Shown: positions 10,086 through 21,089, counted from the stretch's first letter. The stretch is DNA of 64,000 bases from an uncultured Actinomycetes bacterium (GCA_964631685.1 CAZVZU010000002.1:128001-192000); one strand, 5' to 3'. The notes: a model not told the origin generated them from the letters alone. A program made the numbers and translations.

Positions 10086-10838
10086 ATGGACATAAAAACG
10101 GACCTTACTGCAGGAAACGATGCCAAGGTTATAGATATAATCTCGATAATGCCCGAGTACTTTGATTCCTTTCTTAATATAGGACTGATCGGCAGGGCTA
10201 TAAAAAACAGTATAATCAAGATTAATATAATTAACCCGAGGGACTTTTCTGAAGATAAGCACAAAAGGGTTGATGATAAAGTCTATGGCGGCGGTGCAGG
10301 TCAGCTTTTAATGGCTTATCCCATCTTAGAATCTTACAAGTTTGCAAAAAGTGAATATGATTTAAAATATAAAAAACAGGGTGATGCCGGCTTAATTACC
10401 ATTATAATGTCCGCATCTGGAAAGCCGCTAAACTCAAAGGTTGCAAGGGATATTTCCAACTATGATCATGTGATAGTCATATGCGGTAGATACGAAGGCA
10501 TAGATGATAGAGTTACGGAATTAACGCAAGGATTAGAGTTATCTATCGGCGATTATATATTATCCGGGGGTGAGATCGCATCCATCGTTTTAGTTGAGAC
10601 AATCGGAAGGTATTTCACTGGTTTTATGGGAAATTCCGAATCACTCAGTGAAGAAAGTTTTTCTGAAGATTATGGCGCAAGATTAGAATATCCTCAATAT
10701 ACAAAACCAAGACTCGTGCATAACCTCGCCGTTCCGGAAGTTTTACTGAAAGGAAATCATAAACAGATCGACGACTGGAGATTAAAAAATTCATTAAAAA
10801 AAACCGCTGGTAATAGGCCGGATTTACTAAAAAAATAA
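10086..10838 (+). CDS. trmD: tRNA (guanine-N1)-methyltransferase
   Basis: VDD..YGGGAG, CGRYEGIDDR, SIGDYILSGGE, LEYPQYTKP; start uncertain (10056 or 10086). Confidence 0.96.
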   Translation: MDIKTDLTAGNDAKVIDIISIMPEYFDSFLNIGLIGRAIKNSIIKINIINPRDFSEDKHKRVDDKVYGGGAGQLLMAYPILESYKFAKSEYDLKYKKQGDAGLITIIMSASGKPLNSKVARDISNYDHVIVICGRYEGIDDRVTELTQGLELSIGDYILSGGEIASIVLVETIGRYFTGFMGNSESLSEESFSEDYGARLEYPQYTKPRLVHNLAVPEVLLKGNHKQIDDWRLKNSLKKTAGNRPDLLKK

Positions 10839-10911
10839 ATTGATAAGTTATAAATATTATATTAAAATAATTACTTGTAAAGTAAACTTTGTAAAAAATA
10901 AGGAGTCTTAA

Positions 10912-11268
10912 ATGAATATCATTGAAAAGATTGAAAATTTAGCGCTTAGAACAGATGTACCGGTTTTTAAATCCGGTGATACGATCAAGGTTTATCAAAA
11001 GATAAAAGAGGGTGACAAAGAAAGAATTCAGGTTTTCGAGGGGGTCGTTATCGCTAGAAGGGGCAGTGGCCTACGCTTGTCATTCACTGTTAGAAAAAAT
11101 TCTTACGGCGTCGGCGTAGAAAAGACATTCTTGGTAAATTCACCTTTAGTAGATAAAATTGAACTTCTTTATCGCGGGAAGGTTAGAAGGGCAAAACTTT
11201 ATTATTTAAGAAAGAAAAAGGGCAAAGAAGCTAAGATTGAACGCCTGAGTATGGTTAATAATCACTGA
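10912..11268 (+). CDS. rplS: 50S ribosomal protein L19
   Basis: [39 protein letters not shown]. Confidence 0.98.
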   Translation: MNIIEKIENLALRTDVPVFKSGDTIKVYQKIKEGDKERIQVFEGVVIARRGSGLRLSFTVRKNSYGVGVEKTFLVNSPLVDKIELLYRGKVRRAKLYYLRKKKGKEAKIERLSMVNNH

Positions 11269-11330
11269 TATCTATAATGACCTGGCAAGCATATATTCTA
11301 AAATTAATGTTATAAGGTAGGGGGTATCTA

Positions 11331-11651
11331 ATGGAAAATTCCAAAACACCATTTAGTAAATTTGCTGGATTTGTTGGTTCTATCCTAACTGCAACAGATG
11401 AGAAGTTTCAAAAAGTACTAGATAGATTTATTGTCGACCAGAACTTTGGACAGGAAGATGCTAAGGTTTTTTCAAAAAAAATGAAAGAAATTTTTGATTC
11501 TAACAAGAGTAAGCTTTCCTCATTAATAGACGAATCAATTGAAAGAGCCTTAAGCAAAGCAGACATCGCCCGTAGCTCAGAGATTAAAGCATTGCAAGAA
11601 AAAATTAAAGAGCTGGAATCAAGAATAGATGAGAAGGATTCCTCTTTATAG
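11331..11651 (+). CDS. hypothetical coiled-coil protein (phasin/UbiK-like)
   Basis: helical 106 aa with C-terminal IARSSEIKALQEKIKELE coiled coil; G-rich RBS. Confidence 0.5.
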   Translation: MENSKTPFSKFAGFVGSILTATDEKFQKVLDRFIVDQNFGQEDAKVFSKKMKEIFDSNKSKLSSLIDESIERALSKADIARSSEIKALQEKIKELESRIDEKDSSL

Positions 11652-11656
11652 TAAAG

Positions 11657-11935
11657 ATGAAGATAAAATCGTACAGAATTATTATCAAAGGTACTGTTCA
11701 AGGGGTTAATTTTAGAAATTTTACAAAACTTGAAGCCGATAAAATCGGCGTAAAAGGTTATGTGAGAAATATTAGCGATGGCAATGTAGAGGCCTGTTTG
11801 GAGGGAGAGGCGGATAAAATTAGAAAGATGCTCTCTACGATAAGTTCGGGGCCTCCTTATGCAAAGGTAAACAAGGTTGAACTTTGCGAACAGGTAGATT
11901 TATCAAATTTCGAAGATTTTAGGATAGTAAGATAA
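11657..11935 (+). CDS. acyP: acylphosphatase
   Basis: G.VQGVNFR and GYVRN..DG.VE motifs. Confidence 0.95.
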   Translation: MKIKSYRIIIKGTVQGVNFRNFTKLEADKIGVKGYVRNISDGNVEACLEGEADKIRKMLSTISSGPPYAKVNKVELCEQVDLSNFEDFRIVR

Positions 11936-11946
11936 AAACAATAAGA

Positions 11947-12666
11947 TTATCGGAAGGGGCAAGGATTGATTTCGTCTTGATTAGGCATTAAGGATAATGG
12001 CTCTACTGCAATACTGATTTCTCCCCTTAAAAGCTCCGGTTTATTTTTAATCTCATCTCTTAATGTTTTTAAATCTTGCGTTTTGATAAACTCGTAAACC
12101 TTTGTAATCTCTTTAGCATAACATATTTTCACATTTCCCAATGTCTCCATGATATCATCAAGCAATTTTTCGACACTTCTTGCCGGTTCGAAGACTACAA
12201 ACACCCTCTTTTCTTCATGAAGTTTATTCAGTAATTTTTTTCTTTTACCCCTTTTTTTTGGCAGAAATCCCACAAATGTAAATTCTGAAACATTAAGCCC
12301 TGCTGTCGAAATAATGCTTGAAATACTTGAAGGACCAGGTATCGGTATAACTCTTATGCCTTTTTCTACGCACAATCTTACCAAATATGAACCTGGGTCT
12401 GATATTAAAGGCGTCCCAGCCTCGCTTACTAATGCAATATTTTTTCCTTTCATTATGTTATTAACAAGACCGTCTGCCGCAGACCGTTTGTTATATTCAT
12501 GATAGGGGGTTAAACGAGTTTTTATGCGATAACGAGAGGTTAATATCCTCGTTTTCCTAGTATCCTCACAAGCAATATAATCGACCATCCTCATTACCTT
12601 AAGGGCTCTTATTGTAATATCTTCAAGATTGCCAATTGGAGTAGCAATTATATATAGCGCCGACAT
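11947..12666 (-). CDS. rsmI: 16S rRNA (C1402-2'-O)-methyltransferase
   Basis: LYIIATPIGNLEDIT.RA, ACEDTR, VSEAGTPLISDPG, KEITK..E. Confidence 0.95.
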   Translation of the reverse strand: MSALYIIATPIGNLEDITIRALKVMRMVDYIACEDTRKTRILTSRYRIKTRLTPYHEYNKRSAADGLVNNIMKGKNIALVSEAGTPLISDPGSYLVRLCVEKGIRVIPIPGPSSISSIISTAGLNVSEFTFVGFLPKKRGKRKKLLNKLHEEKRVFVVFEPARSVEKLLDDIMETLGNVKICYAKEITKVYEFIKTQDLKTLRDEIKNKPELLRGEISIAVEPLSLMPNQDEINPCPFR

Positions 12667-12670
12667 TTGC

Positions 12671-13522
12671 TTATGACCAATCCCTTAAATATCTAAAATC
12701 TATATTTATTGTACGCTCAGAAACCTTGACTATTAAAGGTAGCCGTCTTTTGTACTGAGATTTTTTAATCTTGTCATAAATGGTGTTCACGAGTCTTTCA
12801 TCATAACCTAGCGACGCAACCACCTCAGGCTTGTACATTTTATCTATTAAGAGATACATTATATCGTCCGCAACTTTATAAGTAAAACCCAACTCGGATT
12901 CGTCAGATTGTCCCGACCATAAATCTGCCGACGGGGGTTTTTCTATAATGCTATCAGGGATGCCCATAAACTTAGCAAGCCAGTATATTTGAGTTTTATA
13001 AATATCCCCTATAGGGTTTAAGGCTGAGGCCATATCACCGTAAATTGTGCCGTAACCCAAAAGAAGCTCCGATTTATTGCTTGTCCCAAGGACTAAAGAG
13101 TTAAGTTTATATGAATAGTCGTATAAAATAGACATTCTTTCTCGCGCCATTTTATTTCCCATCCTAACTTTAATATCATCACTGCCTTCAGTATAATCCT
13201 TTTCTGCCGAGAAATAGCCATCAATTTGCCTTGTTATATCAATTACTGAATAAGGAATATCAAGCGCATCAACTACCTTCATTGCATCTTTGGTGCTCTC
13301 TTCGGAACTGCTTTTATATGGCATGAACAGAGCCGTGACACTATTTTTACCTAGTGCACTACAGGCAAGGTAACAAGCTACTGCGGAATCTATCCCGCCG
13401 GAAAGCCCCAGCACAACCTTGCTTATACCCGTTTTTAAAACCTCACTTTTTATAAAATACGTAAGGTGCTTAAAAATAATCGGAAAATTATGCTCGTCAA
13501 TTCTCGGAAGATCTTTGTTCAT
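12671..13522 (-). CDS. nadE: NAD+ synthetase, synthetase subunit
   Basis: LGLSGGIDSA, GNKMARERM, GTSNKSE, GYGT.YGD, KPPSADLW. Confidence 0.95.
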   Translation of the reverse strand: MNKDLPRIDEHNFPIIFKHLTYFIKSEVLKTGISKVVLGLSGGIDSAVACYLACSALGKNSVTALFMPYKSSSEESTKDAMKVVDALDIPYSVIDITRQIDGYFSAEKDYTEGSDDIKVRMGNKMARERMSILYDYSYKLNSLVLGTSNKSELLLGYGTIYGDMASALNPIGDIYKTQIYWLAKFMGIPDSIIEKPPSADLWSGQSDESELGFTYKVADDIMYLLIDKMYKPEVVASLGYDERLVNTIYDKIKKSQYKRRLPLIVKVSERTINIDFRYLRDWS

Positions 13523-13539
13523 ATTTCAAAATTGAATTA

Positions 13540-14427
13540 TTATTTAGAGTTCACTATGCCTTCTAACTCTTTTAGCGTTAAATTTAAATTTTCATCCCTT
13601 ACAAGTGGCGTTCTGAATCTCTCATTATTTAAAAGATCTAAATTAATTTTAACCTTTAAATACCCTTCCTCAAGGTAGTCAAGCCGATCGTCAATCTCAC
13701 CGGTGGGGCCAAATATACAGGAACCGCCGGAAAATCCTATGCCATCCTCAAATCCTACCCTGTTGACATAGATTACATAGCTTCGGTAATAGAATGCTAT
13801 CACCGAGAGCAATTCCTCCCACATTTTTATAGAATTAAACTTATCGAGTCCTGGCATAATACCCCTTGCAGGAGATGCAGAATTAACTATAATAATCTCT
13901 GCCCCTTTATTGACCGCTATATAAGAAGAGGAGAGATGCCACGCATCCTCACAGGTCAAAATGGAAGACTTAACCCCCTTTATATCAAAAACGCTAAATC
14001 CGCCTCCAGGCTTGAAATACCTTAGCTCCTCAAACATTCCATATGTCGGCAGATAAACCTTTCTGTGGACATTAATAACCTTACCCCCAGAAATACAAAG
14101 AGATGAGTTATAAAAATTATAATCTTCATCTTTTTCGACAAAGCCCACGATAATGGACATATTAAAAACTAAACTTGCGTTGTAAAGAGGTTCAAATACA
14201 AGCGCCTCTTTGCTATTTATGTTTATACCGACGTCGTAAACGCTATCTTTTAAAAAATAGCCGGTTAAAGAAAGTTCAGGAAAAATAACAAGCTCCACCC
14301 CTTCCTCCGAAGCCTTCCGGATAAACTCCATATGCTTTTCTATATTTTTATTGAAATCCCCCGTATAGGGATTTATCTGCGCGAGTAGCGCGTTAATCAC
14401 ACGCATTTCCTTCACCCTTGCTGCCAT
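13540..14427 (-). CDS. carbon-nitrogen hydrolase, probable glutaminase subunit of NAD synthetase
   Basis: E-K-C triad in FPELSLTGY, RKVYLPTYGMFEE.RYF and CEDAW; directly upstream of nadE. Confidence 0.85.
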   Translation of the reverse strand: MAARVKEMRVINALLAQINPYTGDFNKNIEKHMEFIRKASEEGVELVIFPELSLTGYFLKDSVYDVGININSKEALVFEPLYNASLVFNMSIIVGFVEKDEDYNFYNSSLCISGGKVINVHRKVYLPTYGMFEELRYFKPGGGFSVFDIKGVKSSILTCEDAWHLSSSYIAVNKGAEIIIVNSASPARGIMPGLDKFNSIKMWEELLSVIAFYYRSYVIYVNRVGFEDGIGFSGGSCIFGPTGEIDDRLDYLEEGYLKVKINLDLLNNERFRTPLVRDENLNLTLKELEGIVNSK

Positions 14428-14454
14428 TATGCATACATGTTATATATGCATTCT

Positions 14455-15018
14455 TTAATATTTAAATGTTCTTCTGTGTATTTCACTAAAGCCATATTTT
14501 CTTAAATTGCTTTTATGTTCTTTGGTGGCATAACCCTTATGGTTTCTAAAGCCGTATTCCGGATATTTATTATCTAAAGAAATCATTAAACGATCCCTGA
14601 AAACCTTGGCAATAATGGATGCACAGGAAACTAGTTTAATTTTTTCATCCGCTTTGATAACCCGAATTACCCTTAGACTCTCAATGTTGATCAAATTTTT
14701 TGGCGCGATAGGTCCGTCTATGATGGCTACATCCGGTTTAACAGTCAATCCTTGAAACGCCCTTTCCATAGACAACATGGCCGCATTTAGAATATTTATT
14801 TTGTCTATTTCAATATTAGACGCAACACCTATCGAATAAAACGCCGCATTTGACAAAATTATAGCGTAAAGCTCGTTTCTTTTCTTCTCCGACAGCTGTT
14901 TGGAATCCTTGGCGCCTAGGGGAATTTTCTTTTTATCGATTATTACCGCAGCCGAAACTACTGGGCCCGCCAAACACCCTCTGCCCACTTCATCTATGCC
15001 ACAAATCTGCAATGTCAT
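14455..15018 (-). CDS. rnhB: ribonuclease HII
   Basis: GIDEVGRGCLAGPV, DSKQL, ASIIAKV.RD, HKGY.T..H. Confidence 0.97.
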   Translation of the reverse strand: MTLQICGIDEVGRGCLAGPVVSAAVIIDKKKIPLGAKDSKQLSEKKRNELYAIILSNAAFYSIGVASNIEIDKINILNAAMLSMERAFQGLTVKPDVAIIDGPIAPKNLINIESLRVIRVIKADEKIKLVSCASIIAKVFRDRLMISLDNKYPEYGFRNHKGYATKEHKSNLRKYGFSEIHRRTFKY

Positions 15019-16520
15019 GTCAACAAATTAATAAATTTATAAAATGCATCTATCCTTTTTACGCATTTATTTTTTCCGAGAGCAAATATAGTATCGAATA
15101 TCGGCGGACTAACGCGCTCTCCAGTTAAGGCCAGTCTAATAAGCATAGCCTTTTCTTTCATTGTCCAACTATTTTCGGATAAAAAATTATTAAATTCTAG
15201 CTTGATTGATTCTATGGAGTTTTGTATAAAATGAGAAACATCTTCTTTCACGTTTAAATCTGCATCATAATTAAAGATGCTATCGGACAAATTGCCAATA
15301 AATACTTTAAGGCACTGCAAAAATAATAAATCCGCTTCGTTGAAAGTAAATTCATTCAAAATGTCCCTTTTATATTCTACAGCATTGTTCATGAAAAAAT
15401 TTAATTTTTGCCTCAACTCGGCAATCGTCTTTACGCGGGTTTTAAGAGAACCTACTATGGAGACTGATTCTATGCTCTTATCTATAGATTTTTCGGAGAC
15501 ATCTTTCGTCTTATTCATCGCATCTAAAATGTCAAATGAATCTTTAGACTTAATATAATATGAGTTTAACCATGAAAGCTTGTCTACGTTAAATGTAGCA
15601 GCGGATTTATTAATATTTTTAAGGTCAAAATATTTTATAATATCATCCATGGAAAGTATTTCGTCGTTTCCGTGCGACCAACCAAGTCTAATTAAGTAAT
15701 TAACCATTGCCTCGGGTAAAAACCCATCCATTTTGTATTGGTTAACAGATGATGCTCCATGTCTCTTGGATAATCTTTTCCCATCCTTACCCAATATCAT
15801 TGATACATGGGCAAACTCCGGTATTTTAAAACCGAGCGCGTCATATAGCATGATCTGTTTTGGGGTATTACTGACATGGTCATCACCCCTTATTACATGG
15901 GTTATTCCCATAAGCGCATCGTCCACGACAACAACAAGGTTGTATGTCGGGATCCCATCCTCCCGCACAAGTACAAAATCGCCTATTTCATCGTGATTAA
16001 TGTTCACCGAATGGTTTCTTATCAGGTCTTTAAATCCGGTATTGATTCCCGCGCCCCTTTCGACCCTAAACCGGATTACATGCGGTTTTGTTAAATCTAT
16101 TTTATCGGGTTTTAAATCGCGGCATCTTCCCATATACATAGGTTTTTTGCCACTGGAAATAAGTATATTTTTGTCTTCTTCAAGAAGCTCCTTGGAACAG
16201 AAACAGTAGTAAGCCTTACCTTCCTTTAATAAGCGGTCAATATAGGATTGATATAGCTCTAGTCTCCGAGATTGATAAATTATGTCTTCGTCGGAAACAA
16301 TAGAAACCCATTTTAGGCTATCCAATATATCAATTTCAAACTCTTTTGCAGAACGCTCAAAATCGGTATCCTCAATCCTTATAACAAATTTTCCCCCAAA
16401 ATGTTTGGCATAAACATAGTTAAAAAGTGCAGTTCTGATGCCGCCTATATGTAAGTACCCCGTGGGGCTTGGTGCAAATCTTGTCTTTATAATATCCATC
16501 TGTTCTTTATAATATACCAT
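15015..16520 (-). CDS. gltX: glutamate--tRNA ligase
   Basis: RFAPSPTGYLHIGG, RIEDTD, RLSKRHG; start may be 16499. Confidence 0.97.
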   Translation of the reverse strand: MVYYKEQMDIIKTRFAPSPTGYLHIGGIRTALFNYVYAKHFGGKFVIRIEDTDFERSAKEFEIDILDSLKWVSIVSDEDIIYQSRRLELYQSYIDRLLKEGKAYYCFCSKELLEEDKNILISSGKKPMYMGRCRDLKPDKIDLTKPHVIRFRVERGAGINTGFKDLIRNHSVNINHDEIGDFVLVREDGIPTYNLVVVVDDALMGITHVIRGDDHVSNTPKQIMLYDALGFKIPEFAHVSMILGKDGKRLSKRHGASSVNQYKMDGFLPEAMVNYLIRLGWSHGNDEILSMDDIIKYFDLKNINKSAATFNVDKLSWLNSYYIKSKDSFDILDAMNKTKDVSEKSIDKSIESVSIVGSLKTRVKTIAELRQKLNFFMNNAVEYKRDILNEFTFNEADLLFLQCLKVFIGNLSDSIFNYDADLNVKEDVSHFIQNSIESIKLEFNNFLSENSWTMKEKAMLIRLALTGERVSPPIFDTIFALGKNKCVKRIDAFYKFINLLT

Positions 16521-16538
16521 TAAATAATTAGTTATTAA

Positions 16539-17378
16539 TCAATATACAACAATAGAAGAATATCCGACGACACTCGAATAATCGCCTGTAACTTTCCCTG
16601 AATTAGCATAGTCGACAAGCTCGGCGTGTGTGTGCCCTGCCATTTTAGCGATATTAAGCATTATGGACACGGGTATAAAACCGCACATAGAAATCCCACG
16701 ATCTCTCACGCTACCATAGAGTCCCCTCGGGTCTAAATCCAAAATCTTGTTAATGGCAATATCATCTTTAATTTTAGCCGTATCCGCAGATTCATAATGG
16801 GTCATATCTGAACTTGCAACTATCAAGACATCGTCTAATAAACTTAACTTTTGCAAAGCATTAAAGATTGCCTTGGCAGTACGTAAAATATCGTCATATC
16901 TTATAAAAGAAACAACAATCGGAACAATCGTGAAATCTTGTTTAAAATCGTATATCAAAGGAATTTGAACCTCGATAGAATGCTCCTTTGACTGGGCAAG
17001 CGCATCTAAAATAAAAAGACTGGATTTCTCCCCTAAAATAGCCTCCGCCAAATCTGTGTTAATAGGCACGTTGAAATCTTTAAATCCATAATACCCCTTT
17101 GTCATTATTGAGCAATCGGCGCCTAAGCCCGTATGATTGGGCCCTATAATAATTATATTATTTTTTATATTAATTCTGGAATAGCCGTAATATGCAGTTT
17201 GTCCTGAGTATATATAGCCTGCGTGGGGAGACACTACACCGAAAGCATCTGTCTTGTCTTTTATAGAAGCAATATTAAAAGAAGCAATTAAGCTTTTGAT
17301 ATTGCTTAAACCCTCGGGGTAAAAATAACCCATTGCAACAGGCTCTCTAATCAAAACGCTCACCTTTCTTTTAAACAA
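16539..17378 (-). CDS. amrB: AmmeMemoRadiSam system protein B (MEMO1 family)
   Basis: PHAGYIYSG, GPNH, EHSIEVQ, SSDMTHY, SMCG, VVGY; start may be TTG at 17354. Confidence 0.9.
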   Translation of the reverse strand: MFKRKVSVLIREPVAMGYFYPEGLSNIKSLIASFNIASIKDKTDAFGVVSPHAGYIYSGQTAYYGYSRINIKNNIIIIGPNHTGLGADCSIMTKGYYGFKDFNVPINTDLAEAILGEKSSLFILDALAQSKEHSIEVQIPLIYDFKQDFTIVPIVVSFIRYDDILRTAKAIFNALQKLSLLDDVLIVASSDMTHYESADTAKIKDDIAINKILDLDPRGLYGSVRDRGISMCGFIPVSIMLNIAKMAGHTHAELVDYANSGKVTGDYSSVVGYSSIVVY

Positions 17379-17462
17379 ACTTGCATTAATAAGTAAATCT
17401 AAATTTCTGCACTATATGTAGTTATATCACTTAAACATGACTATGTAAAATTAAAGCCCGCC

Positions 17463-19394
17463 CTATGAAGCGTTAACCTCGACATAAACTAAGGTTTCAT
17501 CGGGATTTGCATTATCCCCTTCTTCCACATATATCTCTTTTACTACCCCGTCAATCGGCGTATGTATTTCATTTTCCATCTTCATCGCTTCAACTATCAA
17601 AACAGTATCACCTGTTTTAACGGTATCACCCTTTTTAACCATAACCTTGGTAATCCTGCCAGGCATTGGAGCATAAACATCCCCTTCTCTCGTCGGAGAT
17701 GGCCTCTTTGATCTTGCAATACTTTCACCGACAATTTCTCCTCCGGCGCTCGGGACGATCTCCGTGAGCGATTCTATGACAACCTCCTCCAATACCCCAT
17801 CAACATTTAGGAAAAAAGGTCTTTTTTGATCAGACTTATGCCCTACACCCGCAATTTTAATCTTATAGCTTTCGCCATGTACGGTAACAATAAACTCGCT
17901 CGGAGCAAGTCCGCAGTCTCTGTCCATATCATGCGGCAAAGGTTCTCTAACCGCACTTGTTTGTTGTTCGGTACTTAATACAGCCGCCGGGTCCGTTATC
18001 TTAGAGTAATCGGGTAATTTACCTTCTTTCCTTTCTTGGAAAAATTCAACAGCAACCTTTGGGAATAAAACATACGTGAGTAAATCCTCATCTGATAAAT
18101 CGTAGCCTTTAATTTCTTCATAATTCCCGGAAAGCTCGGGCTCAAGTAAGTCTGCAGGTCTTACATGGATTACTTCCTCATCGCCAAGCACCTTTGCCTG
18201 AATATCCTTGTTGATTAATGCCGGCGGTTTTCCATAATAACCTTTTAAGTAATTTTTTGTTTCACTCGTTATAACCTTATACTTTTCACCGGTAATAACG
18301 TTGAGAGCAGCCTGCGTTCCCACAATTTGAGACGTAGGTGTCACAAGAGGCGGAAAGCCGAAATCCTCACGAACCTGCGGCACTTCATACAGCACCTCTT
18401 CCATTTTATCTAACGCATTCTGTTCCTTTAACTGACTCGCCAGGTTAGACATCATGCCACCAGGTACTTGCGTCACAATAATGTCAGTATTCATATTAGT
18501 ATATTCGCTTTCAAAAGAAGCATATTTTTTTCTAACTTTTCTGAAATAATCGGCAACCTCTTTTAACTTTTCCATATCCAAGTCAATATCATAACCCATT
18601 TCCGAAAGTGCAAAGACCATTGACTCGGTAGGTGGGTGAGAAGTACCACTCGACATCGAAGAGATAGCCGTATCAATAATATCAGCCCCCGCTTCGACCG
18701 CCTTTAATAAAGACATAGATGCAAAACCACTTGTCAAATGTGAATGAACATGAATAGGGATTCCAATCTTCTTCTTTATCATAGACACGAGATCATATGC
18801 ATTGGTAGGAGAAAGAAGGCCAGCCATATCTTTTATGCAAATAACATCTGCGCCCATTTCTTCAAGCTCCAATGCCATTTCAGTAAAGAGCTCATTGGTA
18901 TGGACAGGGCTAGTAGTGTAACAAATCGTAGCTTCTACCGTCTTTTTTTTCTTTTTTACGGCTTCTACCGCCTTTCTGATATTCCTAAAATCATTTAATG
19001 AATCAAATATTCTAAAAACATCTATGCCATTATCTGCGCTTAAAGACACAAATTTTTCAATCACATCATCAGCATAATGTCTATATCCGACAATGTTCTG
19101 CCCTCTTAAAAGCATCTGCAACCGCGAATGCTTATATACCTTCCTGATCCTTTTAAGTCTTTCCCATGGGTCTTCTTTTAGAAATCTCAAACATGAATCA
19201 AATGTCGCCCCGCCCCATACCTCTAAAGACCAAAATCCTATATCGTCAAGAACATTGGCAATTCCAAGTATATCCGGAGTAGTCATTCTGGTAGCAAGGA
19301 GTGATTGATGCGCATCTCTTAAAACGGTCTCCGTAACACCTATTTTTCTGATATAGCTTTTTTCTTCTGTTTCCATATACTTACCTATAATCAT
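17463..19394 (-). CDS. pycB: pyruvate carboxylase subunit B (carboxyltransferase + biotin carrier; OadA-like)
   Basis: LRDAHQSLLATR, WGGATFD, KDMAG, PLVTPTSQ, EAMKM biotinylation site; paired with a biotin carboxylase. Confidence 0.88.
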   Translation of the reverse strand: MIIGKYMETEEKSYIRKIGVTETVLRDAHQSLLATRMTTPDILGIANVLDDIGFWSLEVWGGATFDSCLRFLKEDPWERLKRIRKVYKHSRLQMLLRGQNIVGYRHYADDVIEKFVSLSADNGIDVFRIFDSLNDFRNIRKAVEAVKKKKKTVEATICYTTSPVHTNELFTEMALELEEMGADVICIKDMAGLLSPTNAYDLVSMIKKKIGIPIHVHSHLTSGFASMSLLKAVEAGADIIDTAISSMSSGTSHPPTESMVFALSEMGYDIDLDMEKLKEVADYFRKVRKKYASFESEYTNMNTDIIVTQVPGGMMSNLASQLKEQNALDKMEEVLYEVPQVREDFGFPPLVTPTSQIVGTQAALNVITGEKYKVITSETKNYLKGYYGKPPALINKDIQAKVLGDEEVIHVRPADLLEPELSGNYEEIKGYDLSDEDLLTYVLFPKVAVEFFQERKEGKLPDYSKITDPAAVLSTEQQTSAVREPLPHDMDRDCGLAPSEFIVTVHGESYKIKIAGVGHKSDQKRPFFLNVDGVLEEVVIESLTEIVPSAGGEIVGESIARSKRPSPTREGDVYAPMPGRITKVMVKKGDTVKTGDTVLIVEAMKMENEIHTPIDGVVKEIYVEEGDNANPDETLVYVEVNAS

Positions 19395-19444
19395 TAAATT
19401 ACTTTAGAAAATAAATCAATCCTGACATACTGCTAAAACTTTTA

Positions 19445-20869
19445 TCAAATTCCGTAATAAGCGGAAATAGCTGCGGAAATAGCAAGTATCCTATCAAAAG
19501 GATCCTTTTGTAATTTATAATCCCTTAAATATAGCCTTTCATCAATAAAATGCGTATCAAAATTACCTTTTATGAAATCCTTATCCTGAATTATCTTAAG
19601 CTGAAAAGGAATGGTGGTTTTAATACCTTTTATAACATATTCCTCCAACGCCCTTCGCGCTCTTCTTACGGTCTCATCCCATGTTCTTCCGCTCACGGTA
19701 AGCTTTGTAACCATAGAATCATAAAAGGGCTGTATAACATAGTCTTTATATATTGCGCCGTCTATTCTAACACCTATCCCGCCGGGTGAATAATAAGCGG
19801 TTACCTTTCCCGCACTTGGAGCAAAACTTTTCCTTGGATTTTCTGCATTAATTCTACACTCTATTGCATATCCCCTCATAGAGATATCCTCTTGCTTGAT
19901 ATCGAGCTTTTTGCCCATGGCAATCTGTATTTGTTCGCCAACAATATCAACACCAGTAACAATTTCGGTAACAGAATGTTCCACTTGTATGCGGGTATTC
20001 ATTTCCATAAAATAGTAACGACCATTTTTATCGACAATATATTCTATTGTCCCTGCATTGCGGTAATTACAAGCTTTGGCAGCTTTAATAGACGATTCTC
20101 CCATTTTTTTCCGTAACTCGTCGTTCAGGATGAGAGATGGCGCTATCTCAATAAGTTTTTGATGTCTTCGCTGTATTGAACAATCTCTTTCACCAAGGTG
20201 CACAATATTTCCATAATTATCCGCAAGTATTTGAAACTCGATATGATGAGGTTTTTCAATATATTTTTCGATAAATACCTCAGGATTTCCAAATGACTTT
20301 TCGGCCTCTAATCTTGAAAGAGTAAAATTTTTAACCAACTCGTTATCGTTAAAACAAATTCTAATACCCTTTCCGCCACCGCCGGCAGAAGCTTTTATCA
20401 TAACCGGATAACCTATTTTTCCTGCAACAGAAATTGCTTCATCTTCAGAAGCAACCCCACCTTCAGAGCCAGCAACAACAGGGACACCCACCGATCTCAT
20501 CAGTTTCTTTGATTCTATTTTATCCCCCATCATTGCAATAGTTTTAGACGAAGGGCCAATAAAGACGATTCCTCTTTTTTCGCAAATCTCCGGAAATTTA
20601 GGATTTTCAGATAGAAAGCCGTAACCCGGATGTATCGCATCCGCACCTGCATTAATGGCCAGATCAACAATTCTGTTAATATTAAGGTAGCCCGAAATAG
20701 GTCCGGGACCCACAAGGTATGCTTCGTCAGCCTTTTTTACGTGCAAAGCCTGGCTATCTGCCTCAGAGTGTATAGCGACAGTTTTAATATCAAGCTCCCT
20801 GCATGCCCTAACAACCCTTGAAGCAATCTCGCCTCTATTTGCTATTAAAATCTTCTTAAACCGCTTCAT
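19445..20869 (-). CDS. pycA: biotin carboxylase, pyruvate carboxylase subunit A
   Basis: ILIANRGEIA, HPGYGFLSEN, RDCSIQRRHQK, EMNTRIQVEH. Confidence 0.88.
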   Translation of the reverse strand: MKRFKKILIANRGEIASRVVRACRELDIKTVAIHSEADSQALHVKKADEAYLVGPGPISGYLNINRIVDLAINAGADAIHPGYGFLSENPKFPEICEKRGIVFIGPSSKTIAMMGDKIESKKLMRSVGVPVVAGSEGGVASEDEAISVAGKIGYPVMIKASAGGGGKGIRICFNDNELVKNFTLSRLEAEKSFGNPEVFIEKYIEKPHHIEFQILADNYGNIVHLGERDCSIQRRHQKLIEIAPSLILNDELRKKMGESSIKAAKACNYRNAGTIEYIVDKNGRYYFMEMNTRIQVEHSVTEIVTGVDIVGEQIQIAMGKKLDIKQEDISMRGYAIECRINAENPRKSFAPSAGKVTAYYSPGGIGVRIDGAIYKDYVIQPFYDSMVTKLTVSGRTWDETVRRARRALEEYVIKGIKTTIPFQLKIIQDKDFIKGNFDTHFIDERLYLRDYKLQKDPFDRILAISAAISAYYGI

Positions 20870-21005
20870 AAAATAGACCTATAACTCTGTTGTTTATATA
20901 ATATAATTAAAGACAAATGCACTATCGGGAAACAGCGTCGCGCTAAAGAATTTTGAACCAAAAAAGATACATAATCAACATATCGCAAATAACGGCCGAT
21001 GATTA

Positions 21006-21034
21006 ATTTTAAACTATTATTTTAAAAAAGTCAA
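21006..21034 (-). promoter_or_regulatory. putative sigma-70 promoter of pycAB
   Basis: minus strand TTGACT-17 nt-TAAAAT. Confidence 0.55.
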
Positions 21035-21089
21035 TTTGGTTACCGAACCGCGTAGTACCAGGAAAATTCCATATCTGAATATTTAATGA

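Noticed and set aside
16539..17378. Linking amrB with the radical SAM gene at 50382 as an AmmeMemoRadiSam system
   Set aside because: They are 33 kb apart, and the rSAM is SPASM/RRE-type rather than the AmrS type.
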